A stretch of 62,900 bases of DNA, filler included, from Choristocarpus tenellus KU-1152 (Eukaryota > Protista > Phaeophyceae), in NCBI GenBank assembly GCA_964200185.2. It is 9 parts of 9 records of this genome, joined end to end, with 100 filler letters (N's around TTAATTAATTAA, not from the genome) between each part and the next. Parts side by side here need not be neighbours in the genome. Positions count along the whole stretch, not along the records: positions 1 to 12,966 come from CAXNAD020001631.1; 8 more parts are not named here. One strand, given 5' to 3'. The notes beneath the pieces are model-generated. The model saw only the letters and a program-made list of their open reading frames with translations. It did not search any database and was not told the origin of the DNA. Both the position numbers and the translations under genes were made by a program. Positions 1 to 12,535 of this stretch are shown here, piece by piece; position 1 is the stretch's first letter; the number at the start of each line of letters is the position of its first letter.

Positions 1-70
1 CCAAAAATTGCGATATGAAAAAATTGACCCCAAATGGACAGCCGCCACCCCTTCCCAGATACTTTGAGCC
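1..70. mobile_element. MITE family B, right-hand part (truncated by window edge)
   Basis: Matches 42875-42942 (..ccccaaatggacagccgccacccc(t)cccagatactttgagcc) and, inverted, 62025-62090. Confidence 0.8.
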
Positions 71-697
71 ACCTCACCAATGGTACCTTGGAGCTGTAGG
101 AAAATATTCCATTTCAAACGTGAAGAGAGACACACAGCCCACTTAGACAACTTGTCCACAAAATGATTGAATCCGAAATAGCACCAATCAGACAGGAAGG
201 ATACCTTTTTCCTAATGTACTAATTATCTTTCCAAAATAAATGCCCTCCTTCGTCACATTGAGAAAGACAAAATACGTGATGCAATACTCAAATCAAGAA
301 TATAAGAGAGGCCTCAGTATTGTGAGGCTATACACAGAAGGGCATCTAGCCCAACACCAGATTCTTGAAAACCATTTCAAAACCATTCAGCTTTGTGTAC
401 CTGGCAATTCCAATCTTCACTCTCAGACGCAACATGGGGTATGCTCTTCAAAACTGACTAAGGCTACCGCATACCTACTGCTTTGCTCACCACCCAATGC
501 CTTCTTTGTCAACCATCCTTGTAAGCAAATAGCAACTCACCTTGTCCTTTGTGGCAGATGTGCACCGCAGAGATCTATTGGTGACCTTTTCCGCCTCCAG
601 GTTCTGGGGGGAATATTGGTGTTAGGCAGACAAAATCACTCTAACAATTAGACAAAGGTGATGCAAGTCTAGCATTGGCTGCACAAGAATCTATGTT

Positions 698-945
698 GAG
701 TCAAATATTCTTAGAGGGTAGAGCCGTGTCCGTTCGGGGGCTAAAATCGAATTTTGTGATTTTGATGTAATTTTGACTATGGCATTATGTAAGGAAGTGT
801 CAATATCCTTGTTTCACACACACCTTTTCTTAACGTATACATTTTACCTACTCCGAAACAGGAATATGTCACAAAAAAACGTTGGAAGCCAAGCCTCAAA
901 CGGACAAACAGGGCAAAACTTGTACCCTCTAAGGTTCTTTCACTC
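698..945. mobile_element. MITE family A copy 1 (~250 bp, Sola-like non-autonomous element)
   Basis: Ends GAGTCAAATATTCTTAGAGGGTA..TACCCTCTAAGGTTCTTTCACTC; flanked by 4-bp direct repeat TGTT (694-697/946-949). Confidence 0.9.
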
Positions 946-1762
946 TGTTGGTATATGGCATCAATGTAGAATAGGACTGGAACAACTATATCATCCTGCA
1001 AAATGCTCCATTAGCTACTATCAGAGAGGTTTCATCCTATCATATCCATATGGATTTTGTTGTGACGTTGTACTCCAAAAATTCTCTTCTACATACAAAA
1101 AAGGAGACAACTATATCTCATCCTTAAACCAGTTGTAGTCTTCTCTTCACCCATCCTCCTACCCCCTTTTGCAGGACATGCATCTCGGTCTCACCGAATC
1201 CCTTGGTCACTGCCAAACCCTCCACACCAATAGTGACATTGGAGACCTGCAGTTCCGATGCTACATATAATCTGTTCAGTAAATGAATTGATTCACTATC
1301 TTGGCTGATTCGAGCCATTTGTGCTCGAGCGCTTACCGCGTTGGCTCTGTGGGTCTCACGCCTCATCTCCAACATCCTGATCTCTTCGCACACGGAATCT
1401 ATCCTTTTCTCTACCTCTACTTGCTCGAGGAAATGGTTCCCCATTAAAATTGTCCCAAGAATTATCTTCTGTTTATTGCCTCTTCCTTGCCTCTTCCTTG
1501 CCTCTTCCTTGCCTCTTCTTTTCCTCTTCTTTGCCTCTTCCTTGTCTTTTCGTCTAAATCATTGGAATATATTTGTGGATAGATAACTCAACAGATAAAC
1601 AAACCACATGGTACAAATAATGCTATTATATGTCTTCTGGAAAAGGAGATGAGAGCAATATGCGACCTATATCACCATCCTCATATTTGATATTTTGAGT
1701 TGGTTCATTCCTTTTACCACAATGAAACCATCTCTACATACAATACAAATTAGAAAAATCAT

Positions 1763-2202
1763 AAAGTAGAAGCCCTAAACAAATGAAATATCCTAAAACT
1801 GAAATTACTATAAACCACTGAGGTATGTATTTTATTCGTTTTCCCCATCTGCAAAATGTGAAAGGGCGTAATAATAAAATTTAGTAGAACAAGCATATTC
1901 TTGACGACATCCAACAAAACATTGGAATATATTTGTGGTCAACAGATAAACAAACCACACTGTACTAATAATGCTATTATATACAGTACTATATTTTGTA
2001 TAGTTATATGGTTGTATTCCAGTTGCATTATTGATATACATGATTTTTTGTTGGATGTCATCAAGAATATACTTGTTCTATTAAATTTTATTATTACTCC
2101 CTTTCACATTTTGCAGATGGGGAAACGAATAAAATACATACCTCACACTTACAGTGGTTATCTCAGTTTTAGGATATTTCATTTCTTTAGGGCTTCTACT
2201 TT
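1763..2202. mobile_element. Fold-back/MITE-like element with ~160-bp terminal inverted arms
   Basis: 1763-1919 is the imperfect reverse complement of 2046-2202 (aaagtagaagccctaaa..ccccatctgcaaaatgtgaaaggg..catccaacaaaa); flanked by ATCAT/ATCAT (1758-1762, 2203-2207). Confidence 0.8.
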
Positions 2203-5200
2203 ATCATAACTTTGGCGTATGTATTAGTATTGGTAGTTATGATGTTGGATATTAGGTCCTCCTCTTTAGTGCTAATATCATCACTATCGTGGTTCCAGCT
2301 TGCACGCGCTGTTCACCATCCACACCTCTCCCTCGTGGAAAAGGCTTTGATCACCACAGCAGCGAACGATTTTGGTGGAGACCATGACGCTTTTGCTGCA
2401 ACATCAAACTGGCAGTGGAATCGATTGAAGGAAAGCAAATGGGCAGGCTCGTATTTGGCTTATGAAGAGCACGAGGACGACCGGCAGTCGCACTCACTTC
2501 TCAATGAAGCTTTCTCGACAGAATATGTGAGAAGAGTCGCACAAAACAAGGAGCATGGGGCATGCTTTTTGATCTTAGCGACTGCAGTTATTGCTAAGGA
2601 GATGCTTGAAGATCCAGTTGTTTTCGGCCTGACCAGTCCTGCAGCATTTCCTTCTTCCTTGAAAATTTCTCCAGGAATCCTCAAGTATGATGATGGGGAT
2701 GGAAATCACAGGAGCGATGTTGCTTCCAACCGACTAACCACGACACATGGCGACAGCATGGCACTGGACGGTATGATTGGCCTCAACTTTCAGGTCTCTC
2801 CTGGAATATCTTCGACTGTCGTTGAGGAATGGCAAGCAGATTTGGCATCTCCTAGTCTCGACCTCCATTCCTTGAAGTTTTGGTCGGATCCTGTCTTTCT
2901 CGATGAGGGAATCCATTGCGATCACCCTGGAGGAAAAGCACAAGTACGAGAGTGGACCCAGGCTGTGAAGGTTGTACATGACCTGAGTTCTACAGGAGGA
3001 GTGGGAGTGGGGCAAATGTGTGGATGGAACAAAATGAAATTGAGGATTGTCAGCGGCAGCCACATCGTTGTAACTGGTGCGAACCCAATCTGATGGCACT
3101 TGTATCCGACATTTAGTGCGGCCATGGACTTTGCCACTGTGTCACATTCTTTTGTTAGTCTTACACCGCCTCTCCTTGCCCTCCTCCCAGAATCGCTTTG
3201 TTATCATATTACGTTCCTGCACTGACCTCCGTGAGCAGATCTGAACCACTTGATGCCTGGCGGCGATTCGCGGTCTTTCGAGAAGGAGATTGAGGGAGGG
3301 TTGGAGAGCAAGGCAGAAGCACAGATGGGTTGCCTCATGACCCTCATATCATATCTATCGTCCAGGCCTGAGGTGATGCTGGTGACTCCAGAGATCGAGA
3401 AACGAACACTCAACGCAGTTGCGACTGCAATAACACAGAGCGCAACTATCACAAACAAGCCATTGACATTGGCAGGCCTTGATGGTACTGGCGAAGTTAT
3501 TCAGGTTAGATGGTGTAGAGTTTTTCTTACACGTTTGTTGATGACAGATTACAAGCACAAACGTCCCATTCAGAGTACTTTTTTCGGATGAGTTCTTGGA
3601 GTAAGAGTAGATACTCTCTTTCCCCAGTAATGGATTTATTCTATCTTAAATCCTGTCTTATATCCTGAAGATGTCAAAAGTTATACAGGTTGGTGGGGAT
3701 TGCGGTAATTCTTCTCCGTAGTGCCGGAGCCTTGCCAGGGTCTAGTATCTTTTACCATAGGACAGGAATATCGAGGATTTTGATAACATGTGGACACTTG
3801 GGGTTACTGTGCTATTGAAGGATGCTTCACGAGGATTATGAGAGAATAACACAAGTCTCAGGAGGGGTGGAAGAGAGAGAGAGAGCAAGATATCACCCCT
3901 CACACAGCGCTCACCACAGAAGAACTCGAGAATAGGAAGAGGGGATGTAATCGACCATCTATTGAACATTGGATCTTTAGTCAATATTTATGCCCAACCA
4001 ATATCATGCAATTGGGAAATTTTGTATAAGGGGTTTGTACCTGTGCTGTGATCATTTTCTTCCTAGGATCTATACGATGGTAGGAAGGATGCGGTAAGGA
4101 GGGACTGGAAAGGGTATGGATTGGTGTGGTTCGTCTTGCTTTGTTCTTCTGTGTTTGAGGGTTTCGTAGGATTGGTCAACTACATTACAAAATGATGCAC
4201 CTTTGATGTCATCAAGAATTTTTGCGTGTCACGAAAGTCCATCTTTGTTTGCTTGCATTGAAATCCCTTGAAGAGAGATAAGTTGTGTATTGGTATCAGT
4301 ACGACTAGGATCGCAAACTGGTGAACCTTTCTTGCCAACCTCCCAATTTGTGTGCTTTCATTGGAGGCAGATTCCACCTCTATGTCATCACCCTCTGTCA
4401 CTGCTTTGCACAATCACTCGAGTGAGTTGTTTAGCACCTAGGATACATAGTTATGCTTCCCCCTGCAAACTCCCCTGTTCCTCTAATTGAACACGTTGTT
4501 GACACAGGTATAGATGAGACCTCTTGCTTCTTCGCGAACGGGGATGGCACAGAGATAGAGTATGGGTACTATTTTGACGAGATATACTGGGAGATCCATG
4601 GGAACTACCACTATGTCAACGAGACTGTCTTCACTGGGGGAAACTTCACCTTTGACCTTTCCAGGCGCAAGGTGAGTTATCTCATATATGGATGTGTGGT
4701 ACAAAAAGGCTTTCCAGGGCAGAATCGCACAGGGAAGCAGTAGTGTGGAGAATATGGTCTTTGATTTTCTTCTTTTGTGGTGGTAACTCAAAGAGACCAA
4801 CCAGGAAGAGTCAGAAGGCCAATGTATTGTGGGTGCCAAAGTTGAATTCGCACAGTACAGCTATAGAGCTCGAGGAAGAGACTTGCTTGTGAAGATAGGT
4901 CGTTGTATGTATGAATGGTGTATGTTGTCATCCAGCAGGGTTTGAGGGTTATAGTCGTTCTTTGCAATCATAGCCATTAGAACAAGTATGCTATCCCTCC
5001 ATGCAATCCCCCTAAAAGCAATACCCTTTATCATCTCCATCATCCCCACTTTTAAACCCCACCCCTCTCCCCTTCTAAATTCATACCCAATGTCCAAACA
5101 CTACCAAATATCACCTCTTCGCAGCTTGTGCAATATATTGATTTGTACAAATCAAACTTTTCGGAGGATTTTGTTCTCGAACAAAAGGACGGTCACCGGA

Positions 5201-7353
5201 CACATGTGGCAGGCTCTGAAGCGGGGTCAACCCTGAATTCACCAGCTGCAGTTGTAGAGTGCGATGTGGGCGAGGAGCTGGCATGCAGCGGAAAGTGCAT
5301 TACAAGTTTCAGGACTACTAATCAAATGAACAACTCTTTCTTCAATCTTGACACATACTGCCCTGATTATGACTGCGATGGCGCCAATGCAAACTCGCTA
5401 AATTGCCTTGGCAATGACTGGGCTAGGACACTCTCAGAGCATGCGGGGATGGCTCCGGGTGCTAAGCTCGCTGTTTTTGATGCCTCCCATAATGGCTTAT
5501 TCATCTACGCAGATCCCCGGAATGGATTGTGGGAGGCCGCGAATAACACAAGAGCTAAGATACACACTAACTCTTGGGGTTATGATTCCCTCTGCCAGAT
5601 GATACATAATGATAAGTATCTTTACGAGGTATTTGCAAAATGGGTTTTCAATCTATACTTTTCCCATTTGGATATTGAAGTTACTAAAATACATTTTCTC
5701 GCACTGTAAATTCTATTTGAAGCTGAGATTTCATTGTTGTTATTGTCGTAGATCCTACGGCAGAAGTTTTTTTGTGATGTAGGTTATGACAGGAATAGTT
5801 TATTAAACATGATAAATACGGCATGGTCTCTTACTGCATTTTGTTCCTGATAGTAGACTCATGAATAATCTGCACCTGACCCCAGGTGGACTATAGATTG
5901 AATTGCTCTACCCTAACCCTAGGCCATGTAAACCATGACTGTCATAAATTGTATGAGAGTATTTAGAGTATTTTCGCATAAAATCACACCTTTATCTCTC
6001 CTCACTCTCTTCTTCTTCATGCAATACTACATCCAGGAAAATGTTTTTTTATCGCCTGTTCACCAACCTTAGCGTAAGGTGAAGTAGTGTATAGTGCACC
6101 ACACAGCCCATAACTGGAATCCTTTCCCACAGCCACCCCGTACTCTGTCTTAATCATGAACAAAGCATGGCCATTGCTTCGCGATTGCAGCATGCCTAGA
6201 CCTTCAAGGCACTGAACATCTGCACTGTTACGCACTCAACTCAGTCCGACCGTAGAACCCAGACAGCTTGCTACTTTTCGCTGCTGGGAATGGTGGGTAT
6301 CAATTCTTTTATAACCGCGCCTGCACCGTTTGGTCACCGGCCTTGGGCAAGAACGCGTTGAGTGTTGGAGCTTCTTCTAGTGGAGAGACTCGGGCTACTG
6401 TGACATATTTGAATTAAGGATTTCCATTGTCAACCACCACATCTACCTCAATGGATTACGAGCCTGCAGATATCAACACCAGGGCTTTCTTTAGCTCATA
6501 TGGTCCAACCATGGACAACCGGATCAAGTCTGACGTGTTGGCACCAGGGGATCAGGTGAGGTATCTACGGGCAGAGGGTTGGTCCTACAATTTCATAGAG
6601 ACAAGACAAATCGAACTTCAATTCATCGCTCTGTTTCCATTTTTTTTTTTTTTTATACACTATCTGTAAAGTGGTTGGTGCCATTGCAAGAAGGGACAGG
6701 TAGATGTGTACTCCATGTTAATCTATATCCTTGTACCTGCAGAAGATAGATCTATGTCGCCGGGATTGGAAAATATTTGAGCTAGTGCTGGTTCTGATTT
6801 GTGATGGAGTTGTCACTGTAACAAACTTCATCTATACCATGCTATTGAGTATCCTCACTCGGTTGCGCTACCTCCCCCCCAACATATTCTCATATATGCC
6901 GTGTATGGTTGGGTTCGGTTGATCTTATTCATTGATATCCTCAGGTGTTTTCTGCATCAGCTGACGGGCTTGATTCTCACAGCTGCCAGCTGACAAATTA
7001 TATTGGCACCTCCATGTCGACCCCCATTGTTGCAGGAGCTGCTGCGTTGGTGAGCCTTTATGTTCTTCGTCAGAAGGACTAGTATTCTTCTATCAGACTT
7101 TTGGATCCTTTGTTTTGTGCCCTATTGCTTAGACAGGCCTGCCAAGCCAACTGCACTGTCACTTTCCCTTGTGGAATGCCAAACCGCTCTAGTGGATTAA
7201 TCTTGTTGATCCTGTCAAAGTAGAAGAATGTGTTGTTGGCAAACCCATCCGTTGACCCTTGGCATAATTTCTAATATTGTTGTGTGGTGCACGTGTTACC
7301 ACCAGTTCTGAGAAGGTTTGATTGTGCTACACAGCTAATATCCGGTACAGGAA

Positions 7354-7617
7354 GAGTGAAAGTATCTTAGATGGTACGAGTTTTACCGTGTTTGTCCGTT
7401 TGGGGCTTGGCTTCCCACGGGTTTTTTATGACATTTTCCTACTCCGAAAAACATTTCGGAGTAGGTAAAATGTGTATGTTATGAAAAGGTGTATCTGGAA
7501 CAAGGATATTGACACTTCCTAACAAACACACGATAGCCAAAATTACATCAAAATCGCAACATTGGATTTTGGTCTCCAAACGGACACGGTTCTACCCTCT
7601 AAGATATACTTGGACTC
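7354..7617. mobile_element. MITE family A copy 2 (in protease intron 6)
   Basis: GAGTGAAAGTATCTTAGATGGTA..TACCCTCTAAGATATACTTGGACTC; TSD GGAA/GGAA. Confidence 0.9.
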
Positions 7618-9772
7618 GGAATTATGTCTGAGTTGCACAATTTGTATGTCTTTTTTCCATGCAAGAACTTGTGAGCTGCAACAGTGCATGTGAAGTTCTC
7701 AATATGTTCATTTTTCATCAGGTCCTATTCCTGTTTGGATTTCAAAAATATTTCTCCCCAACTAAAATATTGCTTTCATGTCACCGTCTAAGAGTGTGCT
7801 TTCCTGATATACGTGCGGAAAGGAAAATTGGAGCGTCAGTCGGCCTCTCTATCTTTCTCACACCACTGCACTCGGACAGTATGATAGAAGTAGTAATAGT
7901 TGCGATCAGAGTTGGCATAGAGCTCTATGGAAAATCTAGCAGTCAATGCATAACTCTTGGACTCTGCCAAATGCTGTACACACCTTGTTGGATGCAAACC
8001 ATGCCCCGAACAGATTGCTCCAAGACTGAAAATTGATGCATGCAGGTATTGATCACAATTTTTGAGTTTACTGGGGTCGAAGAGGGCACAGTTGAATGTT
8101 TCCTAGGGTTGAAGAAAAATATTCCACGACAACTATGGTGACCACAAGCAGTCGGGGGTTCAACCCCCCCTCCCCTTCCCTCTCCAACTGTCAATGCAGG
8201 TAAGACAATACTTCAAGAACGAAACTTTCTATGTCAATGATTTTGAGACTCGTGGGGTGTGCCAGGATGGGAGTCCCTTTCAGTGTGAGGCGTTTTCACC
8301 GTCTGGTGCAACGGTCAAGGTATGTTCACTATGCCAACTCAAGTTTGATGCCTTACGATTGAAGCTGCAACAATCTCTTTTCCCTCTTACGCTTCAGGAG
8401 AAACCCCCGTAGCATCCTCATTCCTTCATACATTATATGAGAGACAGAGCTTCCAACTCTTGGTGGTTGCAGTCTGAAGTCTACGTGACAACAGTCCTAC
8501 TCTTGGAAGTAGGCACTACTTTGAAGTCCGTAGCAGCACCTGCAGGGAGGAACTAAGTTTGATGCCGTCCAGGCGTTGATATCGTCTTCTTATTGAAGAA
8601 ATGTTGTCCACAATATTCTATTTTGCTCTGCCAGTGTGTTGAGATTCGAAATATGGCTAGTTTTGGACTGCAGATGCCGTTGTAAGTTACAGCACTTTCA
8701 AGAGTGTACATGCAAAGAAGTAAAGGGCAGTCTTCATCGCTATACCAATAGAACTGATGTGGCTTGTGTTTGGGAGGGGTGATTGCCAATTTGCAAGCTA
8801 CGTTTCGCTTCATAACAAACATAACTTTGCTGCTATTTCAAGCGGTGTAGATCATACGTTTTTTTAATAGGGAATGTTCTGGCATTTTCTTTCCCTACTT
8901 CTGTAGTTGTGTTCGAGAGGTGAGGCTTAGGGTTGGAGTGTAACTGCACGCCGAAAGTGCTTGGAAACACACCGTGCTCTTCTACGACGATGGCACACCT
9001 CGATGTTGATGTGTTTGATCGAGGAAATCTGGATATTATCATTTTTATCTCCCCAGCCTCATACATCCCACTGCCTTTTGGAGGATTGGGAAAATTTAAA
9101 TGGTCCACTGTGCTGGCAATGCTCGTTTCGATATTCTTAAAGTGCGTCGTCCAGAGCCGTAAAATATTCTACGACCTGGTTCATACGCTATTAATTGCTC
9201 CGAAAAATACACTTTGTTGGTACAGGTGGATGTGGATGAAAAGTTTTCTCAAGTTGGAAATAATATCCACGCGATTTGGGTTAAGTTGCATCCCCTTTAT
9301 CCTTCCTATCCATATTCAATTTTGATCTAGTCAGGGGTAATTTTTCAAGTTTTATTTCCTCACTGTTCCAGTCATGAGTACTCTTTTTCTAAAAAATTGA
9401 TCTAGCTACCTATTGCCTCTTATGCAGCTGTCGATAGGATGCATGTCCCCGTGTATTCCGACTAAACGGGACATAAGAATTGGGTGTGTAGGAGTTCGTT
9501 TTTCTTAAATGATGTTCTTGGCATCTGTTTATACAGAGAGCAGATCTTCTTGACGTTTAGGAACTTTCTTATAATATCTTCATTCGATAGATACTAGTGA
9601 GGAGTGAAATTGATTGCTCCATAGTTTTCCTATCACAAAATCAAAAGCAGTTACGCCTAAAAAAGAAATATTTCTGTCCTGTACTAATTCGAAATTATTG
9701 TTCCTTTTGTACATGATCTCTCGAAGAAAGAGAGAGAGAAGTGGAATACAAGTGGTACCAATATAACCAGAT

Positions 9773-10138
9773 CATATATTCATAATTGAATCTAAGGAAA
9801 GTTGCTGAAAATTCTTATTTGTTAGAATTCAAGAATCGATTAGGGAACAACCAGGTCAACCACAACGCAAGGTAACAGAGTAACCAGATCCCCATAGTGT
9901 AAAATGTTTTTAACCAGTGCAGTGTTGTTGTGTGTTATTTTTGGAGTAGTTTGGATTAGGTTTGGGTGGGACAAGTTCTTTGAAATGTGACTGCTCGAAG
10001 ATATATATACACTATGGGGATCTGGTTATTACCAGTTACCTTGGGTCGTGGCTGACCCGGTTGTTCTCTCGTCGATTCTTGAATTTTCACAAAGAAAAGT
10101 TTCAACAACTTTCCATAGATTCAACTTTGAGTATGTGA
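9773..10138. repeat. Long imperfect inverted repeat (~130-bp arms, ~105-bp spacer) in protease intron 7
   Basis: 9773-9901 (..ttgaatctaaggaaagttgctgaaa..gaattcaagaatcga..taaccagatccccatagtgta) pairs with 10008-10138 (tacactatggggatctggtta..tcgattcttgaatt..ttcaacaactttccatagattcaa..). Confidence 0.85.
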
Positions 10139-11726
10139 ACGAAAGTCCATGGACATTGGACGGAGTTTGGAAGGTTTGAGAAAGGGGTCTACACAGTGAA
10201 CATATGTGAAGTAGGTCCAGAGGTGGGAACACTTGGTAGGCCTTAGAGGCCAGTAAGGAATACACATTCGGGCAACCCAATGGTGAAAAAGGATACTTTT
10301 CAATAGTAGTAGATGGAAAGGGTTATAACACCCCCACGTTCCAGACCAAGATGGGTAGAATCTTGCTTATTACTCCATGTAGCTCCGTCCTTCCATACAA
10401 ATATCATGTCAATTTCCTTTTGAAGTAAACTATACCCCCTTTGGACCAAAGGTTGGGTTATACCCTGTCTTGACTACACCTTTCCTATTTCTTTGGGTGT
10501 GGTCTGGTGCACGGTCTGACCCATTTCTAAAAGTTCTGGAGGACCTTGTCCCACGTTGCCAACCTTTGCACCATCTGGTAATCGTAAGACAACCAGGTTC
10601 CATTATTTTTCAAAGGTTTTGTCTGCAGTCGTCAGATGTTTCTACGGGCTGGTCTACCGCCTTGGACCAAATTGCAGAAGTAGCTGTGTGGCCCGATGAA
10701 AGATCACGCTTACCCCCAATGACACACAAATGTTTGTTGTATGTATATGCACACATCAGACTCTTGTCAATATCAAGGAAAACTATCATTATCCTTGATC
10801 TATATGCCCCCCCCCCTTTTCTTCAATTCCAGGCCATATTAATCAACAGTGCTAATCTCATGGGGGGTGATTCTGAACCCAATGGCTTTACTGGCTTTGG
10901 CTGGGTGCACCTGGAGGCTGGCTTGCCTCTCAATGGCGATGGTAATCACACCCTTTTTGTGGCAGACTCGCTCTTTGCCAATGTATATAGTGGACGGAAT
11001 GATACGTACGAGTTTGAGATGGATGAGTCTGGGGTTGAGATCCGGGCCACCCTGACCTGGATGGACCCTGAAGCTGATGAATTTTCCTTTGTGCAGCTGC
11101 TGAATGATCTTGACCTGACGGTTACATCTCCCAGTGGGGAAGACTTTGTGATGTGGTCTTCAGGTGAGGTGGATAAAAGAAATGTGGTGGAAAGGGTAAT
11201 TGTTCCGGCAGTGCTCGTGGAAGAGGGGGTGTGGACGGTCATGGTGTCTGCCAATCAGCTTATCACGGAAATGCAGCCATGCTCTCTTGTTGTGCTCGGC
11301 AGTATATCTACAGTCACTGTAGTTGAAGGTGAAAATTTCCCATCAGCAGATTTCAGCGCTTCATTGTCATTGTTTGGAGTGTACTCTCAGACAGCATGGG
11401 TTTCGACTGCAGTTGCTTTGGTGTTTGCATCATTGTTCGGTCTCTACGGTCCTGCCCTTCAAGGGAACTAGGCAGAGAGGAGTCGAAGAAATGTGAAGGA
11501 GAAAAGTGGTATGAGAAGAAGTGGCTGATGCTGAACTAGCATTTATGGCTATGTGGAGCCATGATGAGATTTTTTTTTCTGTGCAGAATTGCTTAACGAT
11601 GGTAGGCTGTGATTTTGTTGTGATCGCACCTCCTTCGGGGGACATTTTGGTGACTGACTTTGGTATTTAAACTTATTGTTTTTTATCTATTTGCGAGACT
11701 ATCCTCTCTGCTAAGAGATATTGGGT

Positions 11727-11985
11727 GAGCCAAAGTATCTTAGAGGGTAGAGTTGCGTGCATTTGGGGGTCAAAATAAAATGTTCCGATTTTGATCTAGT
11801 TTTGGCTATTGTGTTAGTTAGGAAGTGTCAATAGCCTTGTTCGGACACAACTTTTCATAACGTATACAGTTTACCTACTCCGAAACAGTTTGGAGTAGGA
11901 TTACGTCATAAAAAAACCCATGGGAAGCCAAGCCCCAAACGAACAAACAGGGCAAAACTCGTACCCCTCTAAGATACTTTCACTC
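11727..11985. mobile_element. MITE family A copy 3
   Basis: GAGCCAAAGTATCTTAGAGGGTA..TACCCCTCTAAGATACTTTCACTC; flanks share only GGT (imperfect TSD). Confidence 0.9.
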
Positions 11986-12535
11986 GGTGGTCGGTGGAAG
12001 GAACTGCAGGTGTGACCGTGTTTGCCTCTTTATGTTTAAGATATTAATTCCAATGCCTTTTTTCTTTCGAGGATTGTGTGTGGTGTTTGTGCAATACTTT
12101 TTGAGTAGTATATCATTGTAATGCTCTGCATGTAACGCCATTTTTCTTATCAACACATTATGCTGGGTTGAATTCCTCACCAGAACACAGACGAATGAGA
12201 CGCTCAAGTAGTGGAAGGCATTTAACCTCATGGCTGATCGATACATCTCTCCCCAAATCTCATTTTGCCTCTGGCACTGGTGACGGGACAACCAAATGGT
12301 AAGTACATGAACTCTCTCTAGTGGACCAGTTGCCGACTTTCATACATAGACCCCAGATGGGTCACTAAATACTTCTCGCCTTGTCCAAAAAAGTAGGACA
12401 CCTACGTCAGTGATGATGGATTGCTAAGACAAAAGGGCATAGGATAATTAATATACCAGTGTACGTTCACCATGTTACCCACCTGCAGTTTCTGATGACA
12501 AGCCTTTCGTGCGCAAAGTCATTCAACAATCCTGG

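Larger units (their letters stand above)
2239..11471 (+). pseudogene. Secreted subtilisin-like serine protease (family S8, KP-43/TagC-like), 8 exons, probably pseudogenised
   Basis: Exons ~2239-3076, 3239-3504, 4495-4671, 5125-5628, 6256-6555, 6945-7049, 8200-8319, 10833-11471 join in consistent phase. Motifs: N-terminal hydrophobic signal, GLDGTGEVIQ|VVDTGID (Asp), DGHRTHVAGS (His), IHTNSWG, FAAGNGG (oxyanion Asn), FSSYGPTMDNRIKSDVLAPG, GTSMSTPIVAGAAAL (Ser), C-terminal beta domain (ATLTWMDP..LLNDLDLTV..NVVERV), hydrophobic tail. Lesions: in-frame TAA at 6415-6417; exon-3 acceptor reads CAC instead of CAG. Confidence 0.85.

Noticed and set aside
6415-6417. Alternative genetic code or stop-codon reassignment to explain the in-frame TAA
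   Set aside because: The long dynein frame has no internal stops, and the protease carries other independent lesions, so pseudogenisation is simpler.
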